Shown here: one piece after another, positions 1-6,342 of the stretch
Numbering within the stretch: position 1 is the stretch's first letter
How the letters are laid out: every line of letters starts with the position of its first letter
IMG/VR virus record: IMGVR_UViG_3300026026_000012
Location: 1-31,231 of that record
Reading direction: 5' to 3' (one strand)
DNA: 31,231 nt
DNA from: a virus
Lineage: Duplodnaviria; Caudoviricetes
Notes under the pieces: model-generated
What the model saw: the letters and a program-made list of their open reading frames with translations, nothing else
The model's database searches: none
Told to the model about the DNA's origin: nothing
Program-made: the position numbers and the translations under genes

Positions 1-312
1 CCTCCAACCGAGATCAACGCGCTTGAGGGTACCCACGGTGTCCTGCGACCACACGGCGGAACCTGCGCCAAGCTTGATTGGATCGTATGTGGCGGAGAGT
101 CGGGCCCCAACGCTCGCCCCTGCCACGTCGAGTGGATTCGCTCGGTCGTGCGCCAGTGCGCGGAGGCCAAAGTTCCGTGCTGGAACAAGCAGCTGGGGAG
201 AGAATCGCGAGACAGCAACTGCATGATCTTTCCGCTACGCGACCGCGCCGGAGCCGATCCGTACGAGTGGCCCGCTGACCTGCGCGTACGGCAGCGCCCG
301 GTGGGGTGGTAA
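1..312 (+). CDS. DUF5131 / phage Gp37-Gp68 family protein, C-terminal part (5' truncated by window)
   Basis: My translation of frame 1: ...LDWIVCGGESGPNARPCHVEWIRSVVRQCAEAKVPCWNKQLG...GADPYEWPADLRVRQRP; TAA at 310-312. DWxIxGGESGxxARP and KQxG are family hallmarks. Not in the ORF track. Confidence 0.88.
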   Translation, partial: PPTEINALEGTHGVLRPHGGTCAKLDWIVCGGESGPNARPCHVEWIRSVVRQCAEAKVPCWNKQLGRESRDSNCMIFPLRDRAGADPYEWPADLRVRQRPVGW

Positions 313-314
313 TC

Positions 315-503
315 ATGAGTACGACAACGCAGGGACAGCAGCCGAGCGAGCCTGCGCCGGGTCTCGACCTGGCGGAGCGATGGCTCAAGCGAGAGGCTCA
401 CGATGAGGACGTGCTCGAACTGCCTGAGAAGCGCGCAACGTCCATCGTCGCCGAGCTAGACCGACTGCGAGCCCTGGTCCGCAGCCTGGGAGGTGAGCCG
501 TGA
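315..503 (+). CDS. Hypothetical phage protein (62 aa)
   Basis: ATG 2 nt after the previous stop; GTGA overlap with the next ORF. Confidence 0.65.
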   Translation: MSTTTQGQQPSEPAPGLDLAERWLKREAHDEDVLELPEKRATSIVAELDRLRALVRSLGGEP

Positions 504-760
504 CACTTGTGCAATCGATGGTGCGAGAACTCGACCGACTGCGCGCCGAGAACGCCGAACTCCGCCGGCAGCTCGAAAAGGCGAAGTCGGGATGGCGCGT
601 GGTGCGGACGGTGTACGCCGCGGGGAATACGCCAGAGTATGCGACGAAAAATGTCATGTCCGAACGATGGCACCTCACCCCTGAGGATGCGGGGATAGAC
701 GTCTTCGACGACGAGGCCATCTACGCCGTCACGCTGACGGCCAGGGTGGTGACGCCGTGA
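500..760 (+). CDS. Hypothetical phage protein with N-terminal coiled coil
   Basis: GGAGG SD; GTGA overlaps at both ends; ELDRLRAENAELRRQLEK. Confidence 0.7.
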   Translation: MTLVQSMVRELDRLRAENAELRRQLEKAKSGWRVVRTVYAAGNTPEYATKNVMSERWHLTPEDAGIDVFDDEAIYAVTLTARVVTP

Positions 761-1179
761 CGCCCAAGAAAATGTTCGTGTGCCAGAAGGATTACGAGAA
801 ATTGCTCAGTCTCGGAGCCACACCGGATGAATTGGCAGATCTCCAGGTCGTGGTCGATCGCTTCGGAGCGATACCGGAGGGCAGAGTCTGCCTGATGCAG
901 GAACCTCCGCTGGTCGCATTCAAGGCGGTAGAGACCCACGTCGAGACCGGAGAGGACTGGCGCGCGTCCATTCGCTACAGCTGCGAGATGCAGATGCCAA
1001 AGCTTCCCATATTGTTCTTCGGGGTGGACCCAAGCTATGTGGTGCCCAGCCGGCGCCAGGTCTGGACTGCGCTGTGGCGTCTGTCGTCGGAGCGCTCTCG
1101 GGCTCGGATGCGGCGACGGTGCGACTGGCGCTCAAACGTGAAGCGCGTGAAGCGGGCGCGCGAGCTGGCCAGGAGGTGA
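757..1179 (+). CDS. Hypothetical phage protein with Arg-rich C-terminus
   Basis: GTGA overlap with the upstream gene; fills the operon. Confidence 0.6.
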   Translation: MTPKKMFVCQKDYEKLLSLGATPDELADLQVVVDRFGAIPEGRVCLMQEPPLVAFKAVETHVETGEDWRASIRYSCEMQMPKLPILFFGVDPSYVVPSRRQVWTALWRLSSERSRARMRRRCDWRSNVKRVKRARELARR

Positions 1180-1183
1180 CGCC

Positions 1184-1345
1184 ATGAAGAAGTCCGACCG
1201 CGAGGCGCTGCGGAAGCGCATCGAGCGCAACGACTGGGATGCAAGCAACGATGGCGTGTACAAATTGGTCTCCCGCGAGGTAGACCGAGCCGTCCGTAGT
1301 GCGCGCCTCAGACGCGTCGTGCTTCCGAAGGGCGGTGGCAAGTGA
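1184..1345 (+). CDS. Small basic hypothetical protein (53 aa, MKKSDREALRKRIERNDW...VVLPKGGGK)
   Basis: AGGAGGTG SD at 1171-1178, ATG 1184, TGA 1343-1345; too short for the ORF track. Confidence 0.7.
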   Translation: MKKSDREALRKRIERNDWDASNDGVYKLVSREVDRAVRSARLRRVVLPKGGGK

Positions 1346-1404
1346 CCAGAAGATGCTGGTGGGCCAGCAGGAGACCCACGTGGCGCCTCGCGGGTGGTAC
1401 ATGA
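1342..1404 (+). CDS. Possible 20-aa coupling peptide (MTRRCWWASRRPTWRLAGGT)
   Basis: GTGA overlap with the upstream stop and ATGA overlap with the csf1 start. Confidence 0.3.
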   Translation: MTRRCWWASRRPTWRLAGGT

Positions 1405-2381
1405 ACGCAGCTACGATGATCTGGAATGCAGCGGGGCGCCCCGTGGTGGAAGGCGTACAGAACGTCTCGGCCGCGTGTTACCTGTGTGGCTCGGTAGCGA
1501 CCGGAATGCTGTCGAAGGCAAAAGTGCTCACGCCCACATTCACGGGCCACAGCGACGCGAAGGCGCTGTCTAGCTCATGGGTATGTGTCCCATGCTCGTG
1601 GTCGCTGAACGATGCGAGCGCTGTCGTGGGGCGCGACAGCGGCAAGTGGCGGAACTTCTCTCACGCTGTCGCCGAAGGGAAGTGGCTGACATTCACGAAA
1701 AAGGTAGAGGAGCGCCGTCGACTGTCCGCGCTGCTCTGCGCGCCGCCCTCGGGGCCATGGTGCGCGGTGGTAGCCGAGAGCGGTCAGAAGCAGCTGGCCT
1801 ATCGAGCGCCGGTGAACCACAGCGCGCATCGGTGCTCGGTGCAGTTCGAGGAGCAGCGGGTTGTCTACCAGCCGGCAGCCATGCGCTCATTGCTCGGGCG
1901 CATGGAGCGGATGCTGACCGTGTTCAGCAAGACTGAGGTGGCGAGCGGTGACTGGGACACGCGAAGGATCGGGCTCTATGGATGTGAGCGATTTGCAGCC
2001 GATGCCGAGGAGATGCGCCAACTGCGCGGATCGGCGCTGTTCTCATTGGCGATGTTCTTGGCCGCAAGGCCGGATGATGAAGGAAAGGACGAAAATGATG
2101 GAACGAACGGACCTGAGAGCGAAAGCGGTGAACCTGATAGGGGCCATCTGGTCGACGGTGGACCACGAATCGTGGGCGAAGCAGCGCCTGGAGATCTGGC
2201 GCATCTTCCAGGAGAACATCGAGGCGAGCGCGTCGACTACGCCGGACCTAGCGAGGTTCATCAACTCTCTCTCTTCGGCGATGCGATCGACTCCGGCCAG
2301 CCGGGAAGCGTCGGCGGTGGCGATCGCGGAGTGCGTGGCGGCCGAGTGGGCGGGAAGACTGCTGGACCTGATGCGGGATGA
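1401..2381 (+). CDS. csf1: Type IV CRISPR-associated Csf1 (Cas8-like large subunit)
   Basis: Zn-finger pairs CYLC and WVCVPC, KWRNFSH, PPSGPWCAVVAESGQKQL, VQFEEQ, FSKTEV, LRGSALFSLAMFLA; first gene of the csf cluster. Alternative start GTG 1380. Confidence 0.85.
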   Translation: MNAATMIWNAAGRPVVEGVQNVSAACYLCGSVATGMLSKAKVLTPTFTGHSDAKALSSSWVCVPCSWSLNDASAVVGRDSGKWRNFSHAVAEGKWLTFTKKVEERRRLSALLCAPPSGPWCAVVAESGQKQLAYRAPVNHSAHRCSVQFEEQRVVYQPAAMRSLLGRMERMLTVFSKTEVASGDWDTRRIGLYGCERFAADAEEMRQLRGSALFSLAMFLAARPDDEGKDENDGTNGPESESGEPDRGHLVDGGPRIVGEAAPGDLAHLPGEHRGERVDYAGPSEVHQLSLFGDAIDSGQPGSVGGGDRGVRGGRVGGKTAGPDAG

Positions 2382-2487
2382 ATCTGCGACCGTGGTAGCG
2401 ATGCTCCGCGTGCGCCAGCAGGAGGCAAAAGAAGCGCGAGAGGTGTACGAATCTCGCGTAAACTCTGACCGAGTGGAGGCTTGCTGA
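2095..2487 (+). CDS. cas11: Type IV-B small subunit Cas11-like, all-helical (130 aa)
   Basis: AAAGGA SD before ATG 2095/2098; position between csf1 and csf2; IWRIFQENIEASASTTPDLARFINSL and LLDLMRDE; stop overlaps the csf2 start. Confidence 0.75.
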   Translation: MMERTDLRAKAVNLIGAIWSTVDHESWAKQRLEIWRIFQENIEASASTTPDLARFINSLSSAMRSTPASREASAVAIAECVAAEWAGRLLDLMRDESATVVAMLRVRQQEAKEAREVYESRVNSDRVEAC

Positions 2488-3473
2488 TGATGGACACGAA
2501 AAACTATCGATACGAGGGAACCATCACGGCCATGTCGTCGATCGCCCATGGTGGCGAAACGAAGAGCACGACCCAGATCCTGCGACGTGAGAAGGTGGTG
2601 GCGCCTGACGGTAGCGTGGTCAGCATCCCGATCTACTCGGGGAACGCAATGCGCGGCATCCTACGCGACTGCGGGATGAGGTTCATGCTCCGCTGCCTCG
2701 GCGATCCCGAGTTGTCCATCGGGGCGCTGCACTTCCTGTTCTCGGGCGGCTCGCTGACTGGCAAGCCGATGGCAGGCGAGAAGGGCGCGAAGAAGCTCGG
2801 TGAGTCCACTAGCTCCGTTCCTATCGGGGATGCTCGCGAGCTGATGAGGGCGATCCCGCTGGTCGGCGTGTTTGGCGGAGCATGCGGCTCGATGATCATG
2901 GAGGGAAAGCTTCAGGTCGGCAAGGCGGTGCCCATCTGCCACGAGGCCGAGCGATTGATCCCGGCCAAGTTCAGACCATCATCGACGCTCACCATCTGGG
3001 AGTACCTGCAGACCGAGGCGTATACCAGGCGGGACGACTCCAAACGCGAGGAGATGCGCTCCCTGCTTGGAGCCGATGACCGGAAGCTGCTCGACTCCGC
3101 GCAATCGAAGTCCAGGCAGAAGACCATCACCGAGCAGCCCGACCAAGACGTCGGTCAGCACCAGCAGATGCGCTACCACGTCCAGACGTTCGCGGCGGGG
3201 ACGCGATTCTACTGGTGGCTCGCCCTCCGGGCCGCGACCGATCTCGAGTTCGAGGCCATGGCGTCGTGCCTGGTCGAGTTCGCTCGGTCGCCCGCGATCG
3301 GAGGCAAGACGGCGGCCGGCCACGGCCAGATCGAAATCAAGCTGGATGGCTGGTCCGAGATCGGGACTGCGGCGGTGCAGACCGATGCCATCGGCGCCCC
3401 GCTGGGAAAGGCGTACGCCGACCACCTCACCGTGAACAAGGACGCGATCGTCAAGCTGCTCGGGAGGATTTGA
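2487..3473 (+). CDS. csf2: Type IV CRISPR-associated Csf2 (Cas7-family RAMP backbone)
   Basis: ITAMSSIAHGGE, IPIYSGNAMRGILRD, LFSGGSL, PLVGVFGG, GKLQVG, YTRRDD, QMRY...AGTRF, and Gly-rich loop IGGKTAAGHG. Confidence 0.93.
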   Translation: MMDTKNYRYEGTITAMSSIAHGGETKSTTQILRREKVVAPDGSVVSIPIYSGNAMRGILRDCGMRFMLRCLGDPELSIGALHFLFSGGSLTGKPMAGEKGAKKLGESTSSVPIGDARELMRAIPLVGVFGGACGSMIMEGKLQVGKAVPICHEAERLIPAKFRPSSTLTIWEYLQTEAYTRRDDSKREEMRSLLGADDRKLLDSAQSKSRQKTITEQPDQDVGQHQQMRYHVQTFAAGTRFYWWLALRAATDLEFEAMASCLVEFARSPAIGGKTAAGHGQIEIKLDGWSEIGTAAVQTDAIGAPLGKAYADHLTVNKDAIVKLLGRI

Positions 3474-3475
3474 GG

Positions 3476-4132
3476 ATGGACACACCGGAGACCCTGGGGA
3501 CGCCAGACCTGCGCCGGATTCTCCGGTGCGACAGAAAGACCGTGCTGAGGTGGATTCGACTTGGCAAGCTCGAGGCGACGAAAGACGAGCGTGGACGTTG
3601 GCGCGTGGCCATGGACGCAGCCGTGCGCCTGCGCAAGCAGCATGGCACCAGACGCAATGGATACGGTCCATTTGGCCCTCGGCACGGCGGTGAGTGGTAT
3701 ACGGCATCAGAGCGCGAGCTGCTGCGCTCTGAACTGTCCCACGAGGAGGTCGGGAAGCGTATCGGACGCTCGACGATGGCCGTGGAAATCCAGCGTATTC
3801 GCATGCGCCAGGGGAAGACGAGAAACCTGGACATCAAGCGCCGCGCAGCCGAGGTCCAGGAGGGGGCGGCTGGGAAGTGGTTTATCTCGCCCCACGCGGT
3901 CAAGAGATATTGCGAGCGGGTGGCGCCGGGCACGGCGTTCAAAGACGCCCTCGCGATCTTGATCGCCATGTCGGAGGAGGCGAACAAGAGAGCGCGTCGG
4001 CTGCCCAGCGGCGCACTGGAATACGATGTTCGCGGCATCCGCTGCGTGGTGGTTCCGTCGAGAAATGGCCGCAAGCTTCCGGTGTTGGTCACTGTGAAGG
4101 CGAGGAGGCCGGCATGCGCCCCATCGTCGTGA
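3476..4132 (+). CDS. Multidomain protein: excisionase/MerR-like HTH, second HTH, putative RelE/DUF4258-like C-terminal domain (218 aa)
   Basis: GGGAGG SD; ATG 2 nt after the csf2 stop; DRKTVLRWIRLGKLEATKDERGRWRV; WYTASERELL...EEVGKRIGRSTMAV; FISPHAVKRYCERV...LPVLVTVK. Confidence 0.75.
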   Translation: MDTPETLGTPDLRRILRCDRKTVLRWIRLGKLEATKDERGRWRVAMDAAVRLRKQHGTRRNGYGPFGPRHGGEWYTASERELLRSELSHEEVGKRIGRSTMAVEIQRIRMRQGKTRNLDIKRRAAEVQEGAAGKWFISPHAVKRYCERVAPGTAFKDALAILIAMSEEANKRARRLPSGALEYDVRGIRCVVVPSRNGRKLPVLVTVKARRPACAPSS

Positions 4133-4761
4133 CAGCGAAACTAGGGGGCGTCGGGGTGATGGGGGATGGGTTCTTCCCTCTCGATGGGCTGCTGTCGTAT
4201 GCGGTCCATTGCGAGATGGGCAGACCACAGGTCGAGGAGGCTCCGGCGGTCGACTGCCTGGAACGACGTGGAGAGGGTGAGGACTGGTACTATGCAGCCT
4301 CGTTCGCAGTGGCCGAATGGAAGGGAGAGGGGAAATCGTTCTGGGTGAAGCGGCCCAGGTACAGCGAGTACATCACGCGCAGTGAGGCGAAGAGTGTGAC
4401 AGTTAATAGCGGCCAGTTCAAGGGCTACAACATGCCCGTGTTCTACCTGCTCGCCGATGAGATCCGCTGGTACTGCGTTGGCGAACCGGCGCTCATCCTT
4501 GACCTGCTGAGCACGCATGTCGGAAGCGTGGGCAAGAAGCGGTCGCAGGGCTGGGGGCTGGTATCTGCGTGGACGGTAGAACCGCACGACGAGGATTGGA
4601 GCGAGGTTCGCGACGGCGTGGTAACGCGCGCGCTCCCGGCTGTGGTCGCTCGCGACCGCGGGTTGGACGGCGATCCTGGATGGTACGGCGTGAAACCTGC
4701 ATACTGGGATGTGCGCAACCAGGGAGACGTGTTCTTGCCACCTGGTAAGCCAACAACATGA
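4114..4761 (+). CDS. csf3: Type IV CRISPR-associated Csf3 (Cas5-family RAMP)
   Basis: GAGGAGG SD; MRPIVVTAKL, PLDGLL, WYYAASFA, SGQFKGYNMP, WYCVGE, VGKKRSQGWGLV, RALP, KPAYW. Confidence 0.88.
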   Translation: MRPIVVTAKLGGVGVMGDGFFPLDGLLSYAVHCEMGRPQVEEAPAVDCLERRGEGEDWYYAASFAVAEWKGEGKSFWVKRPRYSEYITRSEAKSVTVNSGQFKGYNMPVFYLLADEIRWYCVGEPALILDLLSTHVGSVGKKRSQGWGLVSAWTVEPHDEDWSEVRDGVVTRALPAVVARDRGLDGDPGWYGVKPAYWDVRNQGDVFLPPGKPTT

Positions 4762-4785
4762 ACGAGCGAAAGGAGGTGAGGGAAA

Positions 4786-4902
4786 GTGGCCAAGGGAAAA
4801 TCGATTCAGTCGACGAAGTCGAGAGGCGGAGCGGCGAAGGGGGGCAAGGGAGCGGCGGCGAGCGGCGGAGGGGGAGGATCGGGAACGGGAGGTGGGAGGT
4901 AA
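4786..4902 (+). CDS. 38-aa Gly/Lys/Ser-rich microprotein MAKGKSIQSTKSRGGAAKGGKGAAASGGGGGSGTGGGR
   Basis: AGGAGGTG at 4771-4778, 7-nt spacer, GTG 4786, TAA 4900-4902; fills the gap between csf3 and cysH. Confidence 0.75.
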   Translation: MAKGKSIQSTKSRGGAAKGGKGAAASGGGGGSGTGGGR

Positions 4903-4907
4903 ACCAT

Positions 4908-5675
4908 ATGGACGAAGGCGAGCGGGCGCTGTACCTCGCGGTCGCTCGCCTTCGGTCGCACCTGGCGAAGGTAGAGCGAGCCAAGGTGCGCATCCGTGAG
5001 GCGTTCGCGCAGAGCAAGCGTGCATACGTATCGTTCTCTGGAGGCAAGGACAGCACCGTGGTGCTGCACCTGGCGCAACAGATCCAGCTTGACGTGCTCT
5101 CTTGCTTCTACGACTCCGGGGCAGAGTTGCCGAGCACATACCAGCTCGTGCACCACGTGCAGGACCACTGGACCACCGTCTTGAGTTGGTGCCATCCAAG
5201 GCGGACCATCCTGGATATCCTGCGCGCGGTTGGGGTCGGCAGGGAGGATGCCACCGAGTGGCTGAGTGCTGGTCAGATCGCAGACGAGATCATCAAGGAT
5301 GTTGCCGAACAAGCGGCGCGCGAACTCGAGACTGACTGCTATCTCCTAGGCCTGCGGCGTGACGAATCCGACGGTCGCAAGGCGGACCTTACCAAGAGGG
5401 GCTCGCTCTACCGGATGGCCAATGGCCAGCTCCGGTGTTGCCCGATTTGGGACTGGACCGACGACGATGTGTGGGCGTATATCGTGAGCAATGCGGTCGA
5501 ATACAACGAGGCGTACGACAGGACGTCGCTGCGGCCAAGGCGTGAGATTCGCGTCTGTACGTACGCCGGGAACACGTCCGAGCGCTACGGGCGGTTCGCG
5601 TGGCTGAAGCGTGAATATCCTGACCTGTTCCGCCGGCTATCAGCAGAGTTCCGTGGGATCGCAGCGATGACGTGA
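4908..5675 (+). CDS. cysH: CysH-like / PAPS-reductase-family PP-loop protein of type IV-B loci (255 aa)
   Basis: PP-loop SFSGGKDS, LGLRRDESDGR, PIWDWTDDDVWAYI, YNEAYD; GGAGGT SD at 4895-4900; no C-terminal ECGLH. Confidence 0.9.
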   Translation: MDEGERALYLAVARLRSHLAKVERAKVRIREAFAQSKRAYVSFSGGKDSTVVLHLAQQIQLDVLSCFYDSGAELPSTYQLVHHVQDHWTTVLSWCHPRRTILDILRAVGVGREDATEWLSAGQIADEIIKDVAEQAARELETDCYLLGLRRDESDGRKADLTKRGSLYRMANGQLRCCPIWDWTDDDVWAYIVSNAVEYNEAYDRTSLRPRREIRVCTYAGNTSERYGRFAWLKREYPDLFRRLSAEFRGIAAMT

Positions 5676-5681
5676 GCGATC

Positions 5682-5718
5682 TAGTTGACGACCCGCCACC
5701 AGACGCGGCACCCTGACG
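5682..5718 (+). promoter_or_regulatory. 37-nt direct repeat copy 1, promoter-like (TTGACG-N18-CACCCT)
   Basis: TAGTTGACGACCCGCCACCAGACGCGGCACCCTGACG, 32/37 identical to 5869-5905; all mismatches fall between the putative -35 and -10. Confidence 0.65.
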
Positions 5719-5720
5719 CC

Positions 5721-5869
5721 CCTTGCGGAAACCATCCTCCCCTGGCAAGATCCTCAGTGTCTGGCTGCTAATTTTGCTTGAGGTGACGGCCTCCATGGGA
5801 GGCGAAACGTTGAGCAGATCGGTAGAGGCCCTGTGCGAGCTGTTGAGCACTCGCACAGGGCTTTTCTTT
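5721..5869 (+). ncRNA. Candidate ~150-nt structured small RNA of unknown family
   Basis: Lies between the promoter-like repeat and a terminator; stems CTTGC/GCAAG (5722-5749), CCTCAG/TTGAGG (5752-5783), GCCTCC/GGAGGC (5789-5803) plus the terminator stem; no convincing ORF. Confidence 0.5.
5828..5869 (+). terminator. Intrinsic (Rho-independent) terminator
   Basis: Perfect 12-bp stem GCCCTGTGCGAG (5828-5839) / CTCGCACAGGGC (5850-5861) followed by TTTTCTTT. Confidence 0.88.
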
Positions 5870-5905
5870 AGTTGACGCCCCGTCGCCCGACGTGGCACCC
5901 TGACG
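5869..5905 (+). promoter_or_regulatory. 37-nt direct repeat copy 2, putative promoter for packaging/late genes
   Basis: TAGTTGACGCCCCGTCGCCCGACGTGGCACCCTGACG with extended -10 TGG-CACCCT; ATG at 5908 sits at the expected +1. Confidence 0.65.
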
Positions 5906-5907
5906 GA

Positions 5908-6144
5908 ATGCAACTCTCGAGCATCCAGACGTCGGGACAAGACCGCGACCGGTACGCTCACAAGCTGTCAAGGGACGGGCTGGTAGGTACCCGGACGCGC
6001 GAGCAATCGCGGCGCCGTGAAGCAGGCCAACGCCACGCGCGAAGGGGCATCGGCTCCGAAGGGCTCGGCCACGTGGAAGAAAAAGAAGGCGCTCAACTCC
6101 ACCACGTCCAAGACGGCACCGCAGGAACCGGACTGGCTCTCTGA
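5908..6144 (+). CDS. Possible leaderless hypothetical protein (78 aa)
   Basis: ATG 6 nt after the putative -10; no recognisable motif; competing frame 6017-6565. Confidence 0.35.
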   Translation: MQLSSIQTSGQDRDRYAHKLSRDGLVGTRTREQSRRREAGQRHARRGIGSEGLGHVEEKEGAQLHHVQDGTAGTGLAL

Positions 6145-6342
6145 CCACCTCTTCAGGATTGGGTACAGGGAAGCGGAGTCCCACTTGCGTCGTGCGCCCT
6201 GGGTCGCTCACGTATTGGACTTCGTATGTTTTTGGATTTCTGTCGTAACAGAAAATACAGAAAGCACTGGACAGCACGAACAAAGAACGGTATCGATAAA
6301 ATATCCATGTCGCATCCAGGAGACGTCTCGGAAACGCCAAAG

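Noticed and set aside
445-550. ELDRLRA motif shared by two adjacent small ORFs
   Set aside because: Short, common coiled-coil motif in phage hypothetical proteins
4758-4907. 50-aa N-terminal extension of CysH from the ORF track
   Set aside because: Better explained by the 38-aa ORF in another frame plus a separate SD and ATG at 4908
4908-5675. Auxiliary metabolic gene for sulfate assimilation
   Set aside because: No ECGLH motif, and the context is a csf operon
5776-5812. Hammerhead ribozyme (stem followed by GAAAC)
   Set aside because: The CUGANGA core is not present before the stem (sequence is TTGAGGTGACG)
5682-5905. CRISPR array made of the two 37-nt repeats
   Set aside because: Only two copies; the 150-nt interval contains a terminator; the repeats lack a clear palindrome and look like -35/-10 promoters
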